DNA of 46,349 nucleotides, counting the filler, from Catajapyx aquilonaris (taxonomy: Eukaryota), in assembly GCA_000934665.2 (NCBI GenBank). It is 2 parts of 2 records of this genome, joined end to end, with 100 filler letters (N's around TTAATTAATTAA, not from the genome) between each part and the next. Parts side by side here need not be neighbours in the genome. Positions count along the whole stretch, not along the records: positions 1 to 23,162 come from JYFJ02005743.1; positions 23,263 to 46,349 come from JYFJ02005744.1. One strand, written 5' to 3'. Made by a program: the position numbers and the translations under genes. Under the pieces are notes generated by a model. That model had not been told where the DNA came from. It was given only the letters and a program-made list of their open reading frames with translations, and searched no databases. Shown piece after piece: positions 12,226 to 23,738 of the stretch (position 1 is the first letter of the stretch; each line of letters opens with the position of its first letter).

Positions 12226-13216
12226 ACAAGGTTTTTAAGACTATATAAAAATGCAATGCTCAAGTGACGTTCATTCTATGATAACAATCCCAACAACTCT
12301 TTGCGACGCTCCATTAGCCCAACTGCCCATCTTTGAAGGGCAAGAACAAATAAGTCAAAATTTCAATTCCTTATTGGCAAGTGTTATCATCATTATTAGC
12401 AGCAGAAATCTGAAGACAACGTGTAATTGCTAGCTTCTGTTCGCAGTTAGAAAAAAAAGTTCTAATATCCAGTATCATAATGTAGATCATGTGATGAACT
12501 TCATCGAGTGTATAACCAGCAAGGATAATAAATTAGGGCCACGTTACTGATTAAAGTGATTATCATGCACCTTGTATTTTATGCGTGCCCATTATCTCTG
12601 TAATGAGGCTGATGAGAGAATAAATAATCTCTCTTTATGAAATGTCATGAGGGTCACGTTGTACAAGTTGACTCATTGTAAAACGATCTGCAGAATTATA
12701 ACATTTTGTAACCAGCACGGAGGCGTACTGCACGTGTATACATCTTCTACACATCTTTCTGTAAGAGTGAGAGAAAAAAAAGCAGCTTTGACATGACCTT
12801 TACCATGACCTTTACGGTATGAGTTAATATTGTATTTGGCTCTTACACATTTTTATAGTTTGGGTATATACTATAATGTTGGAATCATATCAGAAAATTA
12901 CTTGCGCCTCGTTGCAACTGCATTCGGCCAAGAAACAGGAAATGAATCATACGTATAGAAACCTCTCTCACTTTGTAATCATAAGTGAATATCCGGATTG
13001 ATCCAGCCGACTTCCTCTTTTGCATGTATAACTCGTGCCATTTACCGATAAGGCCAGCGGTCACCGATCTAGCCTCTTTTCCTTCAAAGGAATCATCGCC
13101 TGGTTATCGCAATTCAAGCGAATTCGCGAAGGTCACGAGCAGTATCTGACCTCCTCTATAGGTTGGTATGTGCATAAAGTTCAGGCCACGTCTAGCAATC
13201 AGAATCAGCTACGAGG

Positions 13217-16124
13217 ATGAAGTGTTGGACGCGAGTTATAACCCTCCTCCTGGTGCTGATTTGTGGCCAGACCTGTGCTTCGTCGTCCAAAATCTACTGG
13301 TCAAAGCCGACTCCCAGCAGCTCCGCCGGAGGAGAAGATGACCAGCAGCAGGTATCAAGCGCTTCAGACCTCTTTCTTGTGAACCAGGACACGCTGACGG
13401 TCGCCATCAAGTCTATTCTGGTGCCCCAGATTCGGGTCGCTGTTAGCGCCATAGAGGACCGCCTGGGCTACTCAAGTAAGAAGTCTCCTGCTCATAATCA
13501 TAATGCTGTGTCCTCATGCACCACTTCTATACTTTGTAGCAAAACAGTTGTCAGACAACTTCGAGGACACTTCTGATCAGCTGAAAAAAGATGTGAAAGA
13601 GTTGCTGGAGCAGTACGTCAAGGCCTGCGCGTCCTCCGTGTCATCAGCTCTTGAGGCTGGAGAAGTCAATCGAATCGACCAGATCAACGCTGTGTTACAG
13701 GTCTGGCCATTTCACTGCACCGAAAGACAACACTGATTTTGTTGCAATCACATTTTGGAATTATTTCCATATTATGTGGTGTTGGAATTTTGCATGTACT
13801 GTATCCCTGCTTGTTTATTATTATTATTTTGATCATGCTGCGAAGTCTGGTGTTAAAATTAATCAATATGTGGTTGCAGACCATTATCAGGCAAGTAAAT
13901 GATGGCGTGGAGAACACGATTCCTGGCCGAAAGCCTGACATGAATGCCGACACGGTCAGTTTGGCAGTCCTGGATCACAAGGTCACCTTGTTGAGCAAGC
14001 AGCTGACCGCCCTGCAGCAGACCCTGCCCCAACTGACCGAAGAAGGCATTTCCTCGATGATCAGGGAAGCCCTCGAGGAGATATCCGACACACATTCCGC
14101 CAGGTACGACGAATATCCTCTCTCTTCGAGCGTCGTGACTGTCGACGAGATGGTGTTTCCGAATGTAAATAATAACTGCGATTCCTTCCCAGCGTGGCGA
14201 CCAATTGCTGCGGACAGGGCCAGCAGCGAGTGTTGGCAGCACTCGACTCTCTGGCGAGTGACGTCGCAGCTGTGGACTCGAAAATCTTCCAGACCAGTGA
14301 GAGACTACATATAGATTCACTTTCAGAAACTGTCAACAATATGAATGGTTGCGTTCCTGTTTGCAGCGCGACTGGTTGATAGGAACAACGAGGCTAGGAT
14401 GGGCCAATTACGGACTGATCTAATGAAACACGTGGATGACACGGCTGCATCGCTGGCGCAGAAAACTCAGGAAATTATTAGCGACTCATTGACGGTACGT
14501 ACTGTACGTACAGGTGGTGACAATCTGTCTATCCCGTTGTGATAATGGTGTTTCAGACCGTGGTCGAAAGGCTAAACGGGTTGGATGAGACGATGAGAAA
14601 GGAAATGGCATCCATTCGGAGCGAGGTGGTTAAAGTAGGTGGTCAGTTGACCAGTGTGGAGGGCAGGGTTCAACAGGTCAGCAGCCAGGTGGCAAGGGTC
14701 GAGCAGAACCTGTCGCAGAAAATACGGGACGGATTTGCGACCAACCCTGACGAATCTTTCACGAAAGTCATGCAAGAATCTGCCAACAGGTAAACAAACA
14801 CCCAATGGGGAAGTGTATGTAACACATAATTGTTTCAGTTCATGAAGACAAGCCATGTTTTCAGGGTCATAACTAGTTGTGAGACGGGCCAAAGGGAATT
14901 ATCCAGACTCCTTGGTTCGGTTGTAACTGATCTGAACATTGTTAAGGTGAGTCCAGTGGCTACTTATTGTTCGATAACGAAAATAGTTTTAAACGCAAGT
15001 ATTCCGGCGCTTAATCCGATTAAAAAACTATACTTATATGGCTATCTATACGTAGAGCCAACATTGGTCAATTTTTTTTTGAAAGGCTGAACTTGTTTCC
15101 ATCATTTAGGGCTCCGAGGATAGGATCAGATCGGAGTTGCAAATAGCTTCAAGTGATGTGAAGTCGGCAGCGAACGAATCACACAATACTCTTGGCAAAA
15201 AGTTGGACCAGATATATGAGGAATGCCACGCAATAGATCCATTCGGTGATTTTAATGGTGGGGGCACTTCACATTTCTAGCCTGCTATATGCTATATTTT
15301 GTGCAAATAATCATAAATAAATGTTTTGCAGCGTCGGCCACTTGCGACGACCCTTTCATCAAAGTGGGGTCGAAATGCTATCACTTCAGCGGGTCAATGA
15401 CAAAGACCTGGTTCAAAGCGTCGCTGCACTGCAGGTCACAAGACGCAACCCTGCTGACCATCGAGACAGAAGAGGAAGGAAGAGCCATTCGACAGCACCT
15501 CATCAATTGTAAATCAGATAGTTATCAACCTCTATACCGGGAGTATCAAAAGTGAGCTCACAATGCAATCTGGGGAGGAGTCTCGGACAAACTGCGAAAA
15601 TACGAAGTGCGAAGCATAATTTTGTTCTCGACATATTGATGAGCACAGAATAAAAGATGTGCGGAGCGAATTTCGGCTTGGAAAAAGATCCGATTGACCA
15701 TCAGATGAGCTCACTTTTGTTATATTAGATTCCACTTACGTTAGATCTTAAGACGCGCTCCAGACGCGGTCGTTGACTCTACTGAGACCGACTCAGTCGA
15801 GTCGAGCCAACAAGTAATCACGTCTCGAGCGCGTCTATACTGCATCCATCCATCATGTCTTGACCGATGTATTTCTTTGATTGAACAGCAAAAGTGCAGG
15901 CCGTGAGCTTCATAGGTGCTTGCGACGTGGGCAGTCATGGAGAGTGGTTCTGGGAGTCGAGCAAGAGGAGGCTCCAGTACACGGACTGGAGCCCTGGAGA
16001 ACCAGACGGGTTCAGGAAGGGTCTGAACCAGCACTGCGCCCAGATGAAGGAGGCCCTCATCTACAGGTGGAGCGACGCAGAGTGCTACCAGCCAGCCAGC
16101 TTCATCTGCGAAAAGAATCTATAA
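13217..16124 (+). CDS. Secreted C-type lectin with long coiled-coil stalk, 10 exons, ~583 aa
   Basis: Exons 13217-13475, 13540-13700, 13880-14103, 14193-14296, 14367-14494, 14557-14789, 14865-14946, 15110-15257, 15332-15508, 15889-16124. All GT-AG, phases compatible, 1752 nt open. Signal peptide, heptad-rich stalk, C-terminal CTLD (CDDPF..KCYHF..TWFKASLHC..LLTIE..FIG..YTDWSPGEPD..HC..WSDAEC..FICEK). Confidence 0.9.
15547..15836. mobile_element. Two small MITE-like inverted-repeat elements in the last lectin intron
   Basis: 14-bp perfect TIR CAAAAGTGAGCTCA (15547-15719) and a 16-bp TIR AGACGCGCTC(C/G)AGACG (15751-15836). Confidence 0.55.
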
Positions 16125-16712
16125 CTATAGTTGACTGTCAGTGGCTGTTGTGATCATTATAACCAAATAAGTGATTTTTGTACGAGTGAATTGGACACAA
16201 ACGTGTGAGGGGTCAATAAAAACAAGGGCGAGAACTCATGAAAACCACCACCTTTTTTCCCCATACAACTCCTTTTTCTCCATCTATATCCAGTCATCCT
16301 TCTTGCTCAAGAATATGACAGGAAAGATGTTGTCAGCTGCTTCAAATTAATAATGTAAGTTATAAGATCGCAGGATAGGGATGTATAGGAATCATGGAAA
16401 CGGATAGATTTATCATAAGGAAAAATCTGACAAATTTTTATCAATGCTTTCCTGCGTAATTGTGGATCATATTATATGACAAAATGATTATTTAACACTT
16501 CATGTTGGAATCTTTTCGCCGGGCTTACGGCCCTCTTTTTTCCCCAGTGCTGCGCCCCATGCCGACGAGTATGGGATCAATAAAAATTGCGTGAATATTT
16601 TGATAAAGTGCGCGCGGCATGGCACATGCCCACGTGGCCATCTCGACCATGCTTCCTGGGATGAACCGCCATCACCTTCAGAAGGTAAAAATTATTTTTG
16701 AATTTAAGATAG

Positions 16713-17504
16713 CTTCCCTGGCCGCCCCTGGTCCTTCCCCCGCCTCCTCCTGTACTCCCTGAGGTACCTCTCCTCCACCCTGATCGAAGAGAACCCGAAC
16801 CTGGTCCCCTCCACCCAACCACCCCGAATATTCATCTCCTTCTGGTGGGCCTTCTCCCTGGTCATCATCTGTGGGTACGAGGCCCTCTACTTCGGCTTCC
16901 TGGCCTCTCCCTTGATGGAGGACCTCCCGGAGACATTCAGGGAGCACCGGGAATGGCCCAAGTGGACGTGGGGCGTGGTCGCTTTCATGAAGCCCTATTT
17001 CGGCAGTGCTCTCCAGGGCCTGGAGTACTTCTCTTCAGTGGCGAGTAACCTGACAGATCACGTGGACCTCAACACGTGCATACTCGAAGCCATCAACTCC
17101 GACCACTGCTGCATCGGTGCGCACGACTTCCTGATAGCAGGAAGCTACCAGTTTGCGGACAAGGCCGGAAATTTGCAGACTAAATTATCGAAAAAGAACG
17201 ATATATTAATGGTAGGATCTTATGTGACCGAGAAGCACAGCCTGATCTCTCTGATCATGAGCCGGATGCTCAAGTACGTCAGAGAATCCGGTATCCACAA
17301 TAAGTTCCATAGATCCTTCGAGTATATGCCTGCCTGACCATGGGAATCACAGATGCACGAAAGAAGGACCTTCTCTTCAAGAGGCTGATGGCCCTTAACT
17401 TAATCCAGATGAGTAGTGCCTTTTACCTCCTTTTCGTTGTAACTTGGGGGATGAGCTTTTTGATTTTCTTTGCAGAACTTTTGACACGCAGAAAAATTGA
17501 ATAA
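16713..17504 (+). pseudogene. 5'-truncated, frameshifted IR pseudogene (paralogue of 6827-8848)
   Basis: Aligns to 8053-8848. The equivalent of ~6226-8052 (promoter, N-terminus, S1, M1) is absent. A +2 insertion at ~17323 (GAGTATATGCC vs GAGTTTGCC) gives TGA at 17335-17337; M4 continues in the shifted frame to TAA 17502-17504. Confidence 0.9.
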
Positions 17505-19922
17505 TTTTAGCAGTGACAGATGACTTAAACATGTTAGAAAGAGTAGTGACACATGAGTCAAACACGATTCCTCGCAGTCAAGTGTGAAAATCCGCGGAAT
17601 AAGCTATATTTTTGGACAAGTGAACCTATTGCAACCCGATAATATTGTTGATGTCATTTCACAATATTTCTTGCTGTCAAATCATCATGACTGTGGTAAC
17701 ACTGATACGTAACATGCGAATCCCGCAGCGCTGGGCGCCTGCGAGTTATGCGAAATGGCCGAGTCAGAAAATCAGCTCTCCTGAAAATTGCTTCAATCTC
17801 GATAATTATAGTAGAAGATCACCTCCTCAAATATCGTATAATTATAATACATATTTTTATTTATAACTTTGATATAATTGGCGATAAATTGGGAAAGTAT
17901 AGCATGTATGATTTTCATAACTCCATATAATTGAAATGGCTATTTAAAAATATATTATATCATTCATAACCTTTGTCATGTATAGACATGCTTTCTCGTG
18001 AGAGAGAGTTCACATCATTGTTCCTGTTCTTCATATAGGTGGAAGTAAAACTTATCAAAAAATTAGTCGAGTTAAGAAAATATCAATCGAGGAATTTCAA
18101 CTAAATAATAAAACTATTTAAAAATTTATGCGACATGAATTTTCTCTGCTGAAATTGTGTAACCCTTTGTTTTTTGACTTAAGGACATGAGGTGTATAAT
18201 TAATAAGTCCATTACAATTATAAGTGTATCACAGTATATTACTGTATTGTTTTAAACCTCACTCGCTCTGTTGGTGTTTTTTTTACGTCGCCTTATGCTG
18301 TGGGCCAGGACAACTGATAGTGACTATTCCCGATAGCAGCATGAAACCCTTGTTTACAGGTACCGGCAAGTAATAATTTATTATACTGTATGCCTGTAAA
18401 TATCGGTCCAGTGGCAACAACCGTTTCCAACATGCAGGGTGGCCTGAAAATTTAATTTCCCTCCGTCCCCACCTCTAAAGGAATGATCACTAATTCCTAA
18501 TTATTTTATGGCCTTCGTACTCACTTTGCGTGTAATTCAGCTCATGAAAGTTCGCAGCGTTTCAAACGCCAAATACAGGGGAAAGTTTTGTCTGCAATAT
18601 TAATAAATTACTACGCCTTTTTTGTACGCGTCTTACACAATCTACGTAAAACTACAGGATGGAGTGAATGTTGGCACACAAAAGAAGTAAGAGCGCGGGT
18701 TAATAATGTCGTCACAATCATCGCTACTTGCTGCTCTCTTTGAATATTGCAAGGAAGGGTGCAAAGAAAAAGTATTGGGTCCTCACCGGTTTTTGATGAT
18801 GATCTATGATGGGGTAAAGAGGTCTGTGTGAATGATATTAAGATGTAGGTAGGCACATCCTATTTCACTAGATGGAATAATATACAGAATAAATTACGGT
18901 TTTTAACCCTAATTAAGGTATATAATACCGGTTCATGGAGAGGTTCACTTATATACCTGAATGTACCAGAAATGTGTTTGTTGATTATTATGCATATATC
19001 TTATTGAAGTCAGTGACTTATAAGCGAATGTATAGAATTGGAGGAACTGATGTCTTCTGCACTTGATGCACTCGTTGTGCGATTGATTTGACCCCAGTGA
19101 CCCTTTGTGGCAGAGCAATTGGCAGGATTCCAAGGTCGCAAAAGCCAATGTGATGAACTTTATGGACGGTTGCCCTAATTAAAAAATGTTGCATTATCGA
19201 CACCAACGCGACACCTTGTCTGCTGTGAAGTGTCCTATTTGTCCTGCACATCTATTTTTTCCGTAAATGGCTATATTATAACAGTGATGGATATCTTCGA
19301 ATCTCCTCCGAATGGTGATCTGTGCCTTCTTTATTGGTATTGAGGGTGCGATTTGTAATTAAGGGCAGAAATTGCACAGCATACATGGTGTTTGTTACTA
19401 GTCCAACGGCCGCCAGCGTATTCCTTCTGCCAAAGCAAGTCGAAAATGCAGGGGTGAGAAATGTCGATGGACCAACCGTTAACGAGGTAGACGACTAGAA
19501 ACATTATAGGCGGTGGTTGCCGAAGCTGCATGTGATGATCACTTCTGTGAAAGAGGTGGCAATGCAAATCCCAACAGTCGCGATTTTCACGCTCATGTCC
19601 TGCTCCTTCGGGAACAATATTATTGGCCAATGTTTCTGGTCGTATTAATGGTTGCTCCCTCGACATTTCTCCTCCCTTCAATTTCCACTTATTTTTTTGG
19701 CTCAAGGAATACGCTGCCGGCGGTTGGCTGGACTAGAAAGAAACGCCATAATGCCCGCAATGAAATGGGTACACACACACACGCATACGCCAACATGCAG
19801 CATGTATACGAGCCAAAGGTCAGAGAGTGTTACAAGAGATATCTTATCGCACATTTTCAGCACTTTCTCAGAGGTCACAGGACAAGAGCTCACCGGTTCA
19901 CTGTGCGACATCATTTGGGAAC

Positions 19923-22074
19923 ATGAAGAGTGTACTGACGGCGATCTGGCTCCTGTGCTGGTGGACAGGAAATGCCGGCCACGACAACTATTTTGTGTCG
20001 GCCAAACCATCAGATTCGGAGCTGCAGAATGACGATCCAGGCGTAAGTACCAGCATGTACACTGAAACGAAAATAATGGCATTTATTTGAAAAAGGTACC
20101 TGTTCACATTATTCATTTGGCGGAATAAATTGCTTCGTCTAAATTCACATTCTAATTCATATCTCATATAATATGTGTAATAATGAAGATGAGGCCTTTC
20201 ACTCAGAGAAGCCACCATTTAAAATGCTCACCAGCTCCGGGCATTTTTCAGCACAAGCAATGAGAGACAATTGCGAAGAAGCGACGCGTGACTTGAGAAG
20301 CGACGTGAATGACTGGCTGATGCAGTGCGTCACTTCTTCCAGAGGCTCCGATGCATTCGAGAAACTTAATTCGACACTCGAGGTTTGTCATACCTGCATG
20401 TCGTATAGTCACAGCACACGCGTGAGTGATCCTACTATATGACTGACCCAAATGAATAATGATTTCAGGATATAATTGAACAAATAAGCACGCTGGAAGA
20501 CAGGATTGCGGATATCGAGAGCTGCAGAAACCAAGACGGAGGAGGAGGGTCCGGATCGGCAAGTCTGGAAGTGAAGCTGAACAAACTGAGCGGACAGATT
20601 GCAAACCTGGAGAAAACTCTTCCTCATATTGTTCAGGAGGAACTCGTGAAGCACCTCAGCCGAGTTCCTAGTCCTGGTGGGACTACAGATTTTGATCAAC
20701 TAAGGTCTGCTGCCAATATTGCCATTATGTCATAATTTACCGTATAGATCATCTGCTGGGTGATGTATATTATAGGCTACCCTCGGCATACTACCACACT
20801 CTGTGAATGCCGAATATAGTCGTAGGTTATTCATAAGAGAAGAGGAGGCAAGTCATTATTTCTCTTGGAAAATAAGGACATTTGAGGCCCCCCTCCCAAC
20901 CCCCCCAATGGTTATTTCGGACAATGTAACAGGCGTGACTTTGTCCTTTTCAGCCTTGTGTCCAGCTGCTGCGAAGGCCAGGCACGAAACTCGAGGTCAC
21001 TGGCATCTCTGGCAGCTGACATCACCGTTATAAAGGTCAGAAGTTTACTAGAATGCATGGGGACGGGTTGTATTATTGTTATGAAACACCTAAGGAAAGA
21101 GATGTTTTGTAGATTTCACTCGTCATGCAGAATGTATTGTTATGGCGTCATTAACACTGAATCCACTGCCTTGTGACGTGTGCAGGTCGCCGAGGAGAGC
21201 ATCGCCGTCGATGCTAAGAGAGCGGCGGAAGCGGCCACGTCGTCAGCTAAACAATACGACGTCGCCATAATTGGCAGAAAGGTGGATCGCTTGATGGAGC
21301 ACTGCGGGCAGACACCTGCGGATCTTCCTCCAACTGACAACAATAAGGGTGCGTGGTCTGAGACTCTCAACTTGCATGCAAGAGCTGCACGTTGCGCGAT
21401 GCCATAAAGTACTGGTACAGATGTCACGTTCCCATTGCTATTATAATTCCAGTGACCTCTCCACCGGTGACATCACCTCCAGTGACCCGCGCGGCTCCAG
21501 TGACAGCAGCAGCAGAGACCTCTCCTCCTGAGGCAGACCCACCAATAATGACGGGTCCGAAGTGCCAGTATCCCTTCTTCACCCTGGGAGACGGATGCTA
21601 CCACTTCTCCGGACAGAGGACCAGGATGACATGGGACGAGGGCCAGACCTACTGCAGGTCACACGGAGGCGACCTTCTCGTCCTCGAGACCAAGGAGGAA
21701 GGCGCCGTCATCAGGGAGTACCTCAAAACATGTGAGGCTTCTTACTTGAGCCTGTACACTATATCCCAGCAGTGTCGTTTATATGTATTATTGGCCATGA
21801 TGATCCCATCACCCTTGCTTGTGATTTGGCAGCAAAAGTCCAGCTGGACTCGTACATAGGAGGCAGTGACAGGGGCCAGGAGGGAACCTGGTACTGGCTG
21901 GACCCTTCCCGTCCAATCCTCTGGCATGACTGGGGAAGGAGGCAGCCCAACAACCTGGGTCGGATGGAGCACTGCCTGGAGGTGGCCAAGGCCTTCGACT
22001 TCAGGTGGAACGACAACAGGTGCGACAGGAAATACAGCGTCATCTGCGAGCTGCACGGATACCACGCCGATTAA
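19923..22074 (+). CDS. Secreted C-type lectin with short coiled-coil stalk and Pro/Thr-rich linker, 7 exons, ~418 aa
   Basis: Exons 19923-20046 (donor ambiguous; see findings), 20252-20382, 20469-20704, 20954-21035, 21186-21348, 21453-21731, 21833-22074. Signal peptide MKSVLTAIWLLCWWTGNAG; CTLD CQYPF..GCYHF..TWDEGQTYC..YIG..DWGRRQPNN..EHC..WNDNRC..VICE; intron phases match the 13217 gene; AATAAA near 22219. Confidence 0.85.
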
Positions 22075-22276
22075 TAAGGCAGCTCTGATGCGGAGGACGC
22101 ACGCCTGACCGCAATAATACGTATAATTATTATGTTTGCGAAGCATTTATAAGCATGCATATGACAACACGGTGTGGGTCCAATGAATTATGGAATATGC
22201 CATGAGTGTACCTGGGATAATAAAATATAATTATTAATTACACTGGAAGACCGTCACGATCCTGCCAATTTTGATT

Positions 22277-22528
22277 TAGAGGTGATATTTCCCGTTTAAA
22301 GGTGACCACGGCAGCTCCCATCTCAGCACGTCACCTCTAAACCTGTGTCACCTTAAAATCCTCCTGTCATTGTCCCCTATACATTGACGTCACCTTTATT
22401 GATGCGGAAATTACTTCCTCCTGTCACCTTTATTCAACGAATCCCCTATAATTCCCTACTGCCGCATTACGGATCACCTTTAAAACAACTCTAAAGGGGA
22501 TATTAAAGGTGACCGGACTAAGAGTGTA
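22277..22528. repeat. Cluster of eight TCACCT/AGGTGA motifs, probably subterminal repeats of a CACTA-like MITE
   Basis: Motifs at 22280, 22300, 22331, 22348, 22390, 22424, 22474, 22507 in both orientations; the right end reads CACTCTTA on the minus strand. Confidence 0.5.
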
Positions 22529-23162
22529 CACTCTACTCGCCGGAGCGAAGGAAGCCATATCCTCAGACCTATTTACCGATTTACCCACTAATTAACCTAT
22601 ACGCCCTTTACACCTATCCAAACAAACAACCTCACCCTCAGCCACGTCCATGGTCCTATTGACACATGAACGTCTAGGCTTCACACTAGCAACACCCTGA
22701 CACTGGCCCACCTGGTCCAACCATCATGATTGTGAACTCTGAAGTTATGCGTGCAAAGTCTGTATAGCTCCTAGTAATGCCTCACCCACACGTACACAAA
22801 AATATGAAATACATATAATTAGTCACACTGCCACTTCCAGCAGGGAAAATAAACACGGGAAATTGGGTTACTTTGTTCAAAATGTGAGCTCCGCAAATCC
22901 GTCGATGTTTGGTGGGTTACCAACTTTTCCCGACCTTCTCCACTCGCCTGACTGCGGCCAACAATCTGGCCCTCCCCTCCACATCACTTTGGAACCGAAA
23001 AAAGCCATTTCTGGCTTACTTACTCGAGATATTGTTGCAGAAATAAGCCGCATGCCGCCGCATTAACCGGAGTGATTCTGGCTGCAACTTCCAGCTGCAA
23101 TACCCTAGAACGTCAGGGGTACCAACTTAGCCATTCACGCGAAATAATTACGCAATTATTAC

Positions 23163-23262
23163 NNNNNNNNNNNNNNNNNNNNNNNNNNNNNNNNNNNNNN
23201 NNNNNNTTAATTAATTAANNNNNNNNNNNNNNNNNNNNNNNNNNNNNNNNNNNNNNNNNNNN
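23163..23262. other. Artificial assembly spacer (44N + TTAATTAATTAA + 44N)
   Basis: Exactly symmetric 100-nt gap with a 12-mer giving stop codons in all six frames. Confidence 0.95.
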
Positions 23263-23738
23263 GTTCGTCTCTCAGGAAAACTGCTTATACCCTCGGAATC
23301 AGGATTTCTTGCCCGATTTTTAGAACACAACTTGTATTTTGAGTGGAGTGTCCCTTTAATGTAACTGTCAATTGTGCTTGAATTATCGCAAAATAATTCC
23401 GACAAGTCCACCGCGGTTGGCCTTCTTGTATTTTGTGAACAGTTCCAAAAATTTGTACTTTGGAATAATTCCCAACTGTTTGATTTTGTGTCCATTTTTG
23501 TGCTTTTCTTTTTGTGCTCAAAAATTATGCCGGTGGAAACAGGCCTTTACCTGCTCTGACTCTTTGCATTTTTATTACCTAGATTCTAGAATATTTTGCA
23601 GCAAACCCAGAAAACAGCCAGTAATTCCATAGCTCATTGGTAGCAAGTTCCAGATGCAAATTCCTCTTGACTCAGAACTGTGAGATCAAAAAGAAAACCT
23701 CTCAAAATTTCACTGCTACTAGATCATGAACCTGGCCT

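Larger units (their letters stand above)
12977..17590 (+). repeat. Segmental duplication unit 2 (intact lectin + IR pseudogene)
   Basis: Colinear with 953-8937 (see unit 1). Confidence 0.9.

Noticed and set aside
18900..19500. Short ORFs between the IR pseudogene and lectin 3
   Set aside because: No convincing homology to the lectin, the IR or transposases by eye.
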